Positions 18,952-27,859 of a DNA stretch of 64,000 nucleotides are shown piece by piece; positions within the stretch are counted from its first letter, which is position 1, and each line of letters begins with the position of its first letter. The notes below the pieces were generated by a model. It did not search any database. It saw only the letters and a program-made list of their open reading frames with translations, and was not told the DNA's origin. The DNA comes from Clostridia bacterium (GTDB lineage Bacteria > Bacillota > Clostridia > Oscillospirales > CAG-272). The stretch is from assembly GCA_024405755.1 (NCBI GenBank), contig JAKSOD010000004.1:991-64990 (forward strand). The letters are read 5' to 3'. A program made the translations under genes and the position numbers.

Positions 18952-19692
18952 TCAATCATTTTTGTCCTTGATACCTGCAAGATCGCGGATTATCTTTCCC
19001 GCCATGATCAGTCCTGCGGTTGAAGGGACGAAGGAAATGCTTCCGGGAGGAGTTTTTCCCCGGCTTCCGTCTTCGCGGATCTCCGCCGGCGGTTTCTCCG
19101 CATATTCGCGCGGCGGTTCGTCTGACCATACAACGGGCAGGCATCTGATCCCGCGGAGTTTAAGTTCATGCCGCATGACGCGGGCGAGAGGGCATACTGA
19201 TGTGGAATAAATATCAGATATCCTGAATCTTTCGGGATACAGTTTGTTGCCCGCTCCCATAGAGGAGATCACCGGTACTCCGGCTGCGGATGCGCGGCAG
19301 ATTATTTCGATCTTGGCACTCACCGTATCGACGGCGTCGGCAATATAATCGAAGGCGGATATGTCGATCACATCTGCGTTTTCCGGCAGGTAAAAAAGCT
19401 GATGAGCGATAACGGTACATTCGGGATTGATGGCAAGAAGCCGTTCACGCATAACTTCCACCTTCGGTTTTCCAACGGTGCCGGTGTGGGCAATGACTTG
19501 TCTGTTGATGTTCGAAGGCCCCACTGTATCTCCATCTACAATGGTAATATGCCCCACTCCGGCTCTGACAAGAGATTCGCAGACGTAGCCGCCAACGCCG
19601 CCGACCCCGAAGACACAGACGTATGCGGCGGCAAGACGTTCCGTGCCGGCCCTGCCGAGAAGATATTCTGTTCTGCTGTTGTCAAATGACAT
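18952..19692 (-). CDS. tcdA: tRNA threonylcarbamoyladenosine dehydratase (ThiF/MoeB-fold, TcdA/CsdL-like)
   Basis: VCVFGVGGVGGYVCESLVRAGVGHITIVDGDTVGPSNINRQ is a ThiF-type Rossmann motif. The ~245-aa single-domain size is typical of TcdA. Confidence 0.8.
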   Translation of the reverse strand: MSFDNSRTEYLLGRAGTERLAAAYVCVFGVGGVGGYVCESLVRAGVGHITIVDGDTVGPSNINRQVIAHTGTVGKPKVEVMRERLLAINPECTVIAHQLFYLPENADVIDISAFDYIADAVDTVSAKIEIICRASAAGVPVISSMGAGNKLYPERFRISDIYSTSVCPLARVMRHELKLRGIRCLPVVWSDEPPREYAEKPPAEIREDGSRGKTPPGSISFVPSTAGLIMAGKIIRDLAGIKDKND

Positions 19693-19925
19693 TTCCGTTT
19701 CTCCTGCCGTGGATTTTTATACAGTATACCACAAAAGACACAGCTTTTCAATACTTTTTCTTTCCTTGAAAAACGGCACAAAACCAAAAAATATCTTTAC
19801 AAAACAATAAAATTATAGTATACTGAAATCACAACCGTAATGGCTGATTCAGAAAAAGGCGGCGATAAAATTTGGACAGAAATAAAATTGATTTTTCCGA
19901 TATCTCCACTGTAGAGGAGAAACTT

Positions 19926-20450
19926 GTGAAGAGACAGGTCATTTTCGAGGGCAAGGTGCTGCGCCTCGAAAAAGACGACATAACGCTTCCGGACGGCAGA
20001 CCTGCTATCCGTGAGGTCATACGTCATCACGGAGCTGTGGCTGTCGTTCCGATCGACGGCAATGGCAGAGTGATCTGTGTGCGACAGTTCCGTTATCCCT
20101 ACCGCGAGATCCTGCTTGAAATCCCGGCGGGAAAACTTGAACCCGGTGAGGATGACCACGAAGCGGCGGCACGGCGCGAACTTCGTGAAGAAACCGGGGC
20201 GATACCGGGAAAAATGACGTATCTCGGTAAATTTTATTCCTCCGCGGCGATCCTTGACGAGATCATCCACGTTTATCTGGCGGAGGATCTTTCATGGGGC
20301 GATACCGATCCCGACGACGACGAGTTTCTTGATGTTACGGCGATTCCGATGGATGAACTCTGCAATATGATCGCCCGAGGTGAAGTCCCCGACGGAAAAA
20401 CCCAGGCATCTGTCATGAAGGCTGCGTATATTCTTAATAATCGTAAATAA
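19926..20450 (+). CDS. nudF: ADP-ribose pyrophosphatase-type NUDIX hydrolase
   Basis: The Nudix box is PAGKLEPGEDDHEAAARRELREETG. A GTG start at 19926 lies 6 nt after GAGGAG. The ORF track begins at an upstream TTG. Confidence 0.8.
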   Translation: MKRQVIFEGKVLRLEKDDITLPDGRPAIREVIRHHGAVAVVPIDGNGRVICVRQFRYPYREILLEIPAGKLEPGEDDHEAAARRELREETGAIPGKMTYLGKFYSSAAILDEIIHVYLAEDLSWGDTDPDDDEFLDVTAIPMDELCNMIARGEVPDGKTQASVMKAAYILNNRK

Positions 20451-20480
20451 TTGCAAAGAATTGCAAAGAATTGCAAAAAA
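20451..20480 (+). repeat. Three tandem 10-bp units (TTGCAAAGAA x2, TTGCAAAAAA)
   Basis: Read directly from the sequence. The repeat lies between the nudF stop and the MFS gene start. Confidence 0.9.
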
Positions 20481-20509
20481 ATTAACAAGTATCCCAAAGG
20501 AGAAACGAG

Positions 20510-22063
20510 ATGAAACTCAATTACAAACGCACAGTATGCGTAGGTTTTGCTTTTTTCCTGATCTGTACTTTCTGGCAGGCATATGACACGATCGTACCTA
20601 AGATCCTGACCGACCGTTTCGGAATGTCGCAGACACTTTCGGGATTTATTATGGCGATCGATAATATACTCGCTCTCTTTATGCTGCCTCTTTTCGGGGT
20701 TCTCTCCGACAAATGCAGATCAAAAATGGGCAGGCGCACGCCGTTTATCCTCTTCGGAACGATAATAGCCTGCGCTGCTCTTGTCGGACTTTCTTTCGTT
20801 GATTCGGCACAACTGAAAAAACTTGATGCCGTGTCAGATGTTGATTCCCAACAGGCAAGAGAGATAATTTACGACTATGACTACTCCGATACGCTTCTGA
20901 CACCCGATAACGAAGAATTTGTGCTGAAAGAAAAATTCACCCGCGAACAGTTCGCAAGTATCACTTCTGTTGATAAGGAAACGGGCAGCGCGTCGATTGA
21001 GTACACAAGTTATGTCGTCCCTGCTCGTCAGGCATATATTCATGAAGAAATCACCGGGAAGGATCCGTCCACGCTGATAATCTTTATCGCCGTTCTGCTG
21101 ATTCTGCTGATTTCAATGGCGACGTTCCGTACGCCCGCCGTTGCACTTATGCCGGACGTAACGATAAAACCTCTGCGTTCCAAAGCAAATGCCGTGATCA
21201 ATCTTATGGGTACTATCGGCGGAAGTCTTGTTCTCGGTCTCGGAATGATCCTTGCAACTGGAAAGATCGAAAATACATATATGAATTACACCGGATACTT
21301 CTGCATCGTTGCCGGTATTATGGCGGTATGCCTGACGGTATTTCTGATTACCGTGAGAGAACCGAGATTCGCCCGTGAAATGGAAGAATCAAGCCGCAGA
21401 TACGGTATTGATGAAGAAGACGGCACCGACGAAAACGCGGGGGGACGAAAACTCTCACGCGGAGAGATGACATCTCTCGTTCTGCTCCTTGCGTCGGTAG
21501 TGTTCTGGTTTTTCGGCTACAATGCCGTTACAAGCAAATATTCTGTTTATGCCGGGAATATCCTTGATCTTGACTATAACAGCACCCTTCTTGTGGCAAA
21601 TGTTGCCGCCCTTGTTTCTTATATTCCGGTAGGAATAATAGCGTCAAAGGTCGGGCGGAAAAAGACCATTATCGCGGGAGTCATTATGCTCTGTGCCGCA
21701 TTTGCAACGGCATCTTTCCTTGAAGCGGGAACTCCCCTGCCAGTAATGATGGCGATCTTTGCCGTCGCCGGGATCGGTTGGGCGACGATAAACGTCAATT
21801 CATTCCCCATGGTGGTCGAGCTTGCACGGGGCGGAAAAGTCGGGACTTATACCGGATATTATTATACCGCAAGTATGGCGGCGCAGACCCTGACTCCCGT
21901 TCTCTCCGGCTTCCTTATGGACAAAATGGGAATGAAAGTCCTGTTCCCGTACGCTGCGATCTTTGCCGGATGTGCGATCGTCACAATGATCTTCGTACGT
22001 CACGGAGATTCGAAACCCATGCCCTCGGAAAGCAAACTCGAAGGGCTTGATGTGGATATGTGA
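20510..22063 (+). CDS. MFS transporter (GPH/SLC45-like)
   Basis: The ORF is 517 aa with about 12 TM segments and a large central loop. The motif LPLFGVLSDKCRSKMGRRTPFI is typical of glycoside-pentoside-hexuronide-type MFS proteins. Confidence 0.8.
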   Translation: MKLNYKRTVCVGFAFFLICTFWQAYDTIVPKILTDRFGMSQTLSGFIMAIDNILALFMLPLFGVLSDKCRSKMGRRTPFILFGTIIACAALVGLSFVDSAQLKKLDAVSDVDSQQAREIIYDYDYSDTLLTPDNEEFVLKEKFTREQFASITSVDKETGSASIEYTSYVVPARQAYIHEEITGKDPSTLIIFIAVLLILLISMATFRTPAVALMPDVTIKPLRSKANAVINLMGTIGGSLVLGLGMILATGKIENTYMNYTGYFCIVAGIMAVCLTVFLITVREPRFAREMEESSRRYGIDEEDGTDENAGGRKLSRGEMTSLVLLLASVVFWFFGYNAVTSKYSVYAGNILDLDYNSTLLVANVAALVSYIPVGIIASKVGRKKTIIAGVIMLCAAFATASFLEAGTPLPVMMAIFAVAGIGWATINVNSFPMVVELARGGKVGTYTGYYYTASMAAQTLTPVLSGFLMDKMGMKVLFPYAAIFAGCAIVTMIFVRHGDSKPMPSESKLEGLDVDM

Positions 22064-22917
22064 TCCGGAAGGCGAAAATGAATCATGGAATAATAATTCC
22101 GTCAGTTATTCTGCTTCTTGCGGCAGTATATCTGTTCCTGATAAAGCCTCGGACGGGGAAAAAGATCCCCGTGGAACTGACGGCGGCGGATTACGCACAC
22201 CGAGGACTTTTCGACAATGAAAACGGCGACGGGGAGAACACTCTATCTGCCTTTGCCGCAGCGTCGGCGGCGGGTTACGGGATAGAACTTGACGTCAGAC
22301 TTTCTTGTGACGGAGAGGTAGTTGTCTTTCATGACAACACACTTGAACGTCTTTGCGGAAGAACGGAACGTGTGGATTCACTCAGTGCCGCGGAACTTGC
22401 AGAAATCAGGATCGGCAAAAATCAAGGAAAAATCCCGCTGTTTGAGGAAGTTCTCGCGGTTATTGACCGAAAAACTCCGCTTTGTGTGGAACTGAAAGGT
22501 GACAGCACGGACACCACTCTCTGCGGCAAAGTCGCCGATATACTCGATCGTTACGACGGATTGTATTCGGTAGAATCGTTCAACCCGTTTTTGCTGAATT
22601 GGTTCAGAAAAAACCGTCCGGACTGTGTCAGAGGACAGCTTGTGACGAATCTGTTCCGGCAGAAAGGTGCCGCATTCGGCACATCACTTGCCTGCACGCC
22701 AATGCTGCTCAACTGCATTTCGCGTCCGGATTACATTTCCTGTGATATCAGATTCCGCAGGAGTATTTCAGTTGTTATCTGTGAAAAACTGTTCCGTGCC
22801 GTGATGTTTGCATGGACTGTGGACACGGAGGAAAAATATGAGGATGCAGCGGCACGCGGAGATATCCCGATCTTTCAGGATATTCTGCCCGCCGTACCGC
22901 CCGAATCGAAAAAATAA
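22060..22917 (+). CDS. Glycerophosphodiester phosphodiesterase family protein (membrane-anchored)
   Basis: YAHRGL...ENTLSAFAAA...GIELDVRLSCDGEVVVFHDNTLERL is the GDPD signature. It overlaps the MFS stop by 4 nt. An alternative start is ATG 22078. Confidence 0.8.
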   Translation: MIRKAKMNHGIIIPSVILLLAAVYLFLIKPRTGKKIPVELTAADYAHRGLFDNENGDGENTLSAFAAASAAGYGIELDVRLSCDGEVVVFHDNTLERLCGRTERVDSLSAAELAEIRIGKNQGKIPLFEEVLAVIDRKTPLCVELKGDSTDTTLCGKVADILDRYDGLYSVESFNPFLLNWFRKNRPDCVRGQLVTNLFRQKGAAFGTSLACTPMLLNCISRPDYISCDIRFRRSISVVICEKLFRAVMFAWTVDTEEKYEDAAARGDIPIFQDILPAVPPESKK

Positions 22918-22932
22918 AAGGAGATCGGACTA

Positions 22933-23769
22933 ATGAGAGACAATTATGATGCCTTGAAGACCGAAGGGCGCAATCCGCGCACGGTCAATATTGATAAAAT
23001 GTCCACCATAGATATGGTGCGCACGATAAATCAGGAAAACAAACGGGTGGAAGAAGCCATTGACGAGGTGCTCCCTGAAGTTGCACGTGCGGTGGATATC
23101 ATATCAGACGCCATGAAAAACGGCGGCCATCTGATCTACGTCGGAGCAGGGACATCCGGCAGGCTGGGAGTCGTCGATGCGTCTGAATGTCCGCCTACTT
23201 TCGGTGTTGAGCCGGAACTTGTCCGCGGTATTATAGCCGGAGGAAACGGAGCCATGTTCCGCTCCGTTGAGGGTGCCGAGGACAGTGCGGAGCAGGGAGC
23301 TTCGGCGATTGATGCCGACGGCGTGGCGGCAGGTGACGTTGTCGTCGGGATCTCCGCGTCGGGACGCGCACCGTTTGTTCTCGGAGCACTGCGCCGGGCA
23401 CGGGAGATCGGTGCTGTACCGATAGGACTCAACTGTAACCCCGGTTCGGTAATGGAGGAATACTGTGACGTCACTGTATCCCCGTACGTGGGACCCGAAG
23501 TCATTTCAGGATCAACAAGGCTGAAATCCGGTACCGCGCAGAAACTGATACTGAATATTTTTTCCACCTGCGCTATGATACGCACAGGGCGTGTGCGCAG
23601 TAATCTTATGGTGAACGTGCGGCCGAGCAACGAAAAACTCGTTGAACGGGCTACACGCATCATAATCGAACTTTCCGGCTGTGAGCGGAAGACTGCCGCC
23701 GCCGCACTTGAAAAATTCGGCGATGTTCCAGCGGCACTCGACGCCATAGAAGCCGGATTCAAGGCGTAA
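22933..23769 (+). CDS. murQ: N-acetylmuramic acid 6-phosphate etherase
   Basis: The SIS-domain pattern is present: TEGRNPRT.NID.MST..MV..IN.E...V..A...YVGAGTSGRLGV.DASECPPTFGV...SASGRAP. Confidence 0.85.
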   Translation: MRDNYDALKTEGRNPRTVNIDKMSTIDMVRTINQENKRVEEAIDEVLPEVARAVDIISDAMKNGGHLIYVGAGTSGRLGVVDASECPPTFGVEPELVRGIIAGGNGAMFRSVEGAEDSAEQGASAIDADGVAAGDVVVGISASGRAPFVLGALRRAREIGAVPIGLNCNPGSVMEEYCDVTVSPYVGPEVISGSTRLKSGTAQKLILNIFSTCAMIRTGRVRSNLMVNVRPSNEKLVERATRIIIELSGCERKTAAAALEKFGDVPAALDAIEAGFKA

Positions 23770-23798
23770 AAGCGTCTTTCGGAATCAAAGGTGAAAGA

Positions 23799-24431
23799 AT
23801 GGAAAAAGAGAAATACAATAACGAACAGTGGCTGAAATGGGCAGTGGAACTCCAGAGTCTTGCTCAGGCCGGACTGTATTACTCAAAGGATGTTTATGAT
23901 ACGGAAAGATATGAACGAATTCGGGAAATATCCGCGGAAATGGTCACGTACAAGACGGATATTTCAGCTGATAAGGTGAAGGATTTGTTTTGCTGCGAGA
24001 CAGGGTATCAGACTCCGAAGCTTGATACGCGTGCCGCCATAATCAAAGACGGAAAAATACTTCTCGTCAAGGAACGAAACGGCAAGTGGTCGTTGCCCGG
24101 AGGCTGGGTAGACGTTGATATTTCCGTTGGGGAGAATGCGGTGAAGGAAGTCCGCGAGGAAGCGGGACTTGATGTCACCGTTGACCGCGTAGTTGCGCTT
24201 CACGACAGAGACCGGCATAATCATCCCGTTTATGCTTATAAAATCTGCAAGGTTTTTGTTCTGTGTTCCGTTGTCGGAGGAGAATTCAGACCGAATTCGG
24301 AGACTCTCGCAAGCGGATATTTCGGACTTGACGAACTTCCGGAACTTGCAGAGGAGAAAAACACTGAAGAACAGATCAGAATGTGTTTTGATGCATATGC
24401 TTCGAAAAAATGGGAAACTGTTATTGACTGA
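23799..24431 (+). CDS. NUDIX hydrolase with an N-terminal Nudix_N_2-type helical domain
   Basis: The N-terminus WLKWAVELQSLAQAGLYYSKDVYDTERYERI is followed by the Nudix box GGWVDVDISVGENAVKEVREEAGL. Confidence 0.8.
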   Translation: MEKEKYNNEQWLKWAVELQSLAQAGLYYSKDVYDTERYERIREISAEMVTYKTDISADKVKDLFCCETGYQTPKLDTRAAIIKDGKILLVKERNGKWSLPGGWVDVDISVGENAVKEVREEAGLDVTVDRVVALHDRDRHNHPVYAYKICKVFVLCSVVGGEFRPNSETLASGYFGLDELPELAEEKNTEEQIRMCFDAYASKKWETVID

Positions 24432-24455
24432 GAATAACTGAAAGTCTATTTTAAC

Positions 24456-24493
24456 GGGGGTGTAAAAACTCGGGAACGAGTTTTTTCACCCCC
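24456..24493. terminator. Bidirectional terminator (conserved hairpin family) between the NUDIX gene and the convergent dapA
   Basis: gggggtgtaaaaactcg-ggaa-cgagttttttcaccccc is followed by gttttt. Confidence 0.75.
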
Positions 24494-24507
24494 GTTTTTG
24501 CGTAACT

Positions 24508-25413
24508 CTATACGGGGAATTTCAGATCAATTTCAGGAAACGCCGGTAGGACGACGGAAAGTCTCCGGATGGTCGCCGCGGATGGAGGACAGAGAGGCGG
24601 ACGGCAGTATCCGCCGCAGAGTCCCGCCATCTGTGCCGCCGCTTTGACGGGTATCGGATTCACTTCGGCAAACAGAGCATCACAAACGGGCTGCAATTCC
24701 GCTGCGGTCTGTGCCGCTTTTTTCAGGTTTCCTTCGGAAAAATCGCGGCACATTCCCACCATACGCTCGGGCAGAATGTTTGATATGACGGAGATCACGC
24801 CGTCTCCCCCGAGGGAGAGTGTGGGCAGAGTGTGATCGTCGTTGCCGGACCAGACGCAGATCTCACGCCCGAATCCTGAGATAAGCCGTTCCGTGTGCGT
24901 TATGCTTCCCGAGGCATCCTTGACTCCGATCAGATTCGGGATAGAAAACAGTTCTCCCCATATTTCTTCCGATAATCCCATTCCGGTGCGTGAAGGAACA
25001 GTATATGCTATCACGGGGAGTGAAGTTGCACCGCATACGGTTCGGTAATACTCCACAAGTCCCGCCGGAGAAGTTTTATTGTAATACGGGGTGACGGTCA
25101 GAAGTCCGTCGGCGCCTGCCGCTTCCGCCTCATGTGCCATTTTTACAGCATGAGAAGTGTCGTTCGATCCCGCACCTGCGATCACGGGCAGACCGCCCGA
25201 ATCGGATTTTGCAAGTTTTATTAGTTCCGTCCGTTCTTCATCTGTCAGAGTGGGGGATTCTCCCGTGGTGGCTCCCGTCACAAGTGCGGAAATACCGCTG
25301 CCCGCCTGACGGCGTACAATCCCCGAAAATGATTCCTTATCAAGATTGCCGTTGGGGAGAAAAGGCGTTATGAGTGCCGTGGCGACGCCGTAAAACAGAT
25401 TATATTTGCTCAA
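24508..25413 (-). CDS. dapA: 4-hydroxy-tetrahydrodipicolinate synthase
   Basis: It is a DapA/NAL-family TIM barrel: TALITPF..., GTTGESPTL..EER, and a KD active-site Lys context in IGVKDASG. The TTG start follows a GGAGG RBS. Confidence 0.85.
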   Translation of the reverse strand: MSKYNLFYGVATALITPFLPNGNLDKESFSGIVRRQAGSGISALVTGATTGESPTLTDEERTELIKLAKSDSGGLPVIAGAGSNDTSHAVKMAHEAEAAGADGLLTVTPYYNKTSPAGLVEYYRTVCGATSLPVIAYTVPSRTGMGLSEEIWGELFSIPNLIGVKDASGSITHTERLISGFGREICVWSGNDDHTLPTLSLGGDGVISVISNILPERMVGMCRDFSEGNLKKAAQTAAELQPVCDALFAEVNPIPVKAAAQMAGLCGGYCRPPLCPPSAATIRRLSVVLPAFPEIDLKFPV

Positions 25414-25589
25414 GAATATGTCCTCCGGATCAAAAAATCACGCGGCGGTGCAAATCCGTTTGAAAAACCGTCAAAAACGGTTGAAATTGCCGCGCTTTTG
25501 TATTATAATAGTATGTATAAATGACATAATGGGTCAAAATTATCTCCGGCGGCGCGCGCTCCCGGAAAATCTGAAAACGGAATTGAAAA

Positions 25590-26669
25590 ATGAGTGAAGT
25601 TATAATAAACAAGAAACCCGAGACCGACCTTTGTACGTCGGATTTCAACTACGAACTGCCCGAGGAACTTATTGCGCAGCATCCTGCGGAACCGAGGGAT
25701 TCCTCTCGTCTTATGGTCATTGACCGCAGGACCGGCGAACTTTCACATGAGCATTTTTATAATATAATTGACCACCTGAGACCTGAGGATACTTTGGTAA
25801 TAAACGATTCAAAGGTCATTCCCGCCCGTCTTTACGGTCATGCCCAGGGAAGACCGGATGCCGCTGTGGAATTGCTCCTCCTCCGGCAGCGCGGAAACGA
25901 TCTGTGGGAAACCCTTGTAAAACCCGGAAAACGCGCCCGTATCGGAATGAAAATGGTTTTCGGCGAGGGCAAAATGGTCGCCACGGTTACGGATATTGTG
26001 GAGGAGGGAAACCGCCTTGTGAGCCTTGAATATGACCGCAGCGCATACGCCAACGTTTATGATATGCTTCACGAACTCGGAATGATGCCTCTGCCGCCGT
26101 ATATTACGGAACGGCTTGAAGACGGCAGCCGCTATCAGACGGTGTATGCCCGTGAGGAAGGCTCTGCTGCGGCACCTACGGCGGGACTCCATTTTACGAA
26201 CGAACTTCTTGACAGAATACGCCAAAAAGGTGTTGCTGTCGTACCCGTGATGCTTCATGTAGGACTCGGAACTTTCCGACCTGTCAAGGAAGACAGAGTA
26301 GATGCTCACATTATGCACACTGAATATTTCAGCGTCAGCGAAGAAAGTGCACGGATCATCAATGAGAGGCGCGCAGCCGGCGGCAGGATCATCTGCGTAG
26401 GTACGACTTCCTGTCGGACTCTTGAAAGTGCTGCGGACGAGAACGGGATCGTTCACGCCATGAGTGCCGACACGGGAATTTTCATTTATCCGGGATACCG
26501 TTTCCGCGCGACTGACGCTCTTATTACAAACTTCCATCTGCCTCAGAGCACGCTTCTGATGCTTGTTTCTGCTCTGTATGACAGAGAACATATGCTGAAC
26601 ATATACAAAACCGCGGTTGAAATGAAGTACAGGTTCTTTTCCTTCGGCGATGCTATGCTCATCGAATAA
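25590..26669 (+). CDS. queA: S-adenosylmethionine:tRNA ribosyltransferase-isomerase
   Basis: [27 protein letters not shown]...PLPPYI...YQTVYA...[13 protein letters not shown]...[10 protein letters not shown] is a full-length QueA signature. Confidence 0.95.
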   Translation: MSEVIINKKPETDLCTSDFNYELPEELIAQHPAEPRDSSRLMVIDRRTGELSHEHFYNIIDHLRPEDTLVINDSKVIPARLYGHAQGRPDAAVELLLLRQRGNDLWETLVKPGKRARIGMKMVFGEGKMVATVTDIVEEGNRLVSLEYDRSAYANVYDMLHELGMMPLPPYITERLEDGSRYQTVYAREEGSAAAPTAGLHFTNELLDRIRQKGVAVVPVMLHVGLGTFRPVKEDRVDAHIMHTEYFSVSEESARIINERRAAGGRIICVGTTSCRTLESAADENGIVHAMSADTGIFIYPGYRFRATDALITNFHLPQSTLLMLVSALYDREHMLNIYKTAVEMKYRFFSFGDAMLIE

Positions 26670-26767
26670 TTTTCCGTCATACTGCGTTGCTTCTCGACTC
26701 GGACGGCTCGACGTACACGTGTACGCCGTCGCCGCCGCTCGCTCGGTGCGCCTTGTCTGACGAAAAA
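26670..26767 (+). repeat. Palindromic core element (TTTTCCGTCATAC ... TCTGACGAAAAA) directly after the queA stop
   Basis: Its end motifs match the cores inside the elements at 37844-38023 and 47454-47797. The interior contains the hairpin cgacgtacac/gtgtacgccgtcg. Confidence 0.6.
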
Positions 26768-26960
26768 TTCTTCTGATGAGAAAATCGATGTTAAGCATCG
26801 GCAATCCAATGACTTCTTGTAAAATTTGAACAATTATTTATATTTCAACGTGTTGAATTTCGCCGTTTTGTATGAAACGTTTACCGACCGGTAATGCTTT
26901 TTTATTAGCAGAGGTAGTTGTTTTCTTTATAAGAAAACAATGTGATTTTTGTGTAATCTA

Positions 26961-26989
26961 TTGACAATATCACGATATCGTGATATAAT
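26961..26989 (+). promoter_or_regulatory. Consensus sigma-A promoter with an embedded perfect palindrome (putative operator)
   Basis: TTGACA lies at 26961-26966, followed by a 17-nt spacer and TATAAT at 26984-26989. The bases at 26967-26986 (ATATCACGATATCGTGATAT) form a perfect 20-bp palindrome. Confidence 0.75.
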
Positions 26990-27015
26990 AATCCGTAGAA
27001 AAGGAGGAAATGCCG

Positions 27016-27270
27016 ATGCCTGTTTTATCAAGATTTTACGGAATAATCATAAGGATGTATTTTTTGCAAAAAGAACATAATCCGCCGCATATTCATGCAA
27101 TCTATAATGAGGATATGGCGGCAATCAACTTTATTACGGGGGATGTGTTGGAAGGATATTTGCCGCCGAAAGCGTTAACGCTTGTCCGCGAGTGGATTTC
27201 AGTTCACAAAGATGAATTACAGGAAATTTGGGAGACGCAGAATTTCAAAAATATAGCACCTCTTGAATGA
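27016..27270 (+). CDS. DUF4160 domain protein
   Basis: MPVLSRFYGIIIRMYFLQKEHNPPHIHAIYNEDMAAINFITGDVLEGYLPPKALTLVREWISVHKDEL is the characteristic DUF4160 pattern. The start lies 8 nt after AGGAGG. Confidence 0.8.
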   Translation: MPVLSRFYGIIIRMYFLQKEHNPPHIHAIYNEDMAAINFITGDVLEGYLPPKALTLVREWISVHKDELQEIWETQNFKNIAPLE

Positions 27271-27287
27271 GATAAGGGGAAAATATT

Positions 27288-27728
27288 ATGTTCCATAAAA
27301 TTAAAAATATTGTACCGCTTTCCGACTTCAAATTGAGTGTACTTTTTGCGGAAGGTGTAACCAAAATATATAATGTTGCTCCATTATTTGATAAAATACC
27401 GGCTTTCCAACTTTTAAAGCAAAGTTCCGGGTTGTTTGCCGATGTATATGTTGATGTCGGTGGCCACGGAATCGTATGGAATGATGAACTTGATTTGTCC
27501 TGCGATGAACTTTGGGAAAACGGAAAAGAAGTAAATACTCCCTTTGACGGACTTATGTCTTTCGGCGATGCATCAGAGTTATGGGGATTGAGTGAGAGCA
27601 CGCTGCGAAAAGCAGTCGAATACGGTAAACTGAAAAACGGTGTTGATGTTTGTAAATTCGGAAAACAGTGGGTCGTGTCTGCAGAAGCCATGCAGAGGGA
27701 ATACGGTCAAAACGGGCGTAGAATATGA
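27288..27728 (+). CDS. DUF2442 domain protein with a C-terminal excisionase/MerR-like helix-turn-helix
   Basis: The N-terminal ~85 aa (IKNIVPLSDFKLSVLFAEGVTKIYNV...GHGIVWNDELDLSCDELWENG) are DUF2442-like. The C-terminal FGDASELWGLSESTLRKAVEYGKLKNGVDVCKFGKQWVVSAEAMQREY is HTH_17-like. Confidence 0.7.
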   Translation: MFHKIKNIVPLSDFKLSVLFAEGVTKIYNVAPLFDKIPAFQLLKQSSGLFADVYVDVGGHGIVWNDELDLSCDELWENGKEVNTPFDGLMSFGDASELWGLSESTLRKAVEYGKLKNGVDVCKFGKQWVVSAEAMQREYGQNGRRI

Positions 27729-27859
27729 GACTTCCAATTGGAATAATCTAAAAAACCGTAAGCGTCAGAGACGCCGTGTTCATTCGATATACTTCGCATA
27801 ACATTGCAAAAACGCGGCTCAACGATCCCACATACAGATTTTCAGAACGGAGAAAAGTC

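Noticed and set aside
25414-25589. A possible lysine (L-box) riboswitch upstream of dapA, or a preQ1 element near queA
   Set aside because: The divergent spacer is only about 175 bp and must hold two promoters. I see only one small hairpin (accgt-ttttg-acggt) and none of the conserved L-box or preQ1 sequence blocks.
25809-26804. A 331-aa minus-strand ORF
   Set aside because: It is fully antisense to queA, which has an unmistakable full-length signature. It has no RBS and a Arg/Ser-rich shadow-frame composition. It also runs across the palindromic element after queA.
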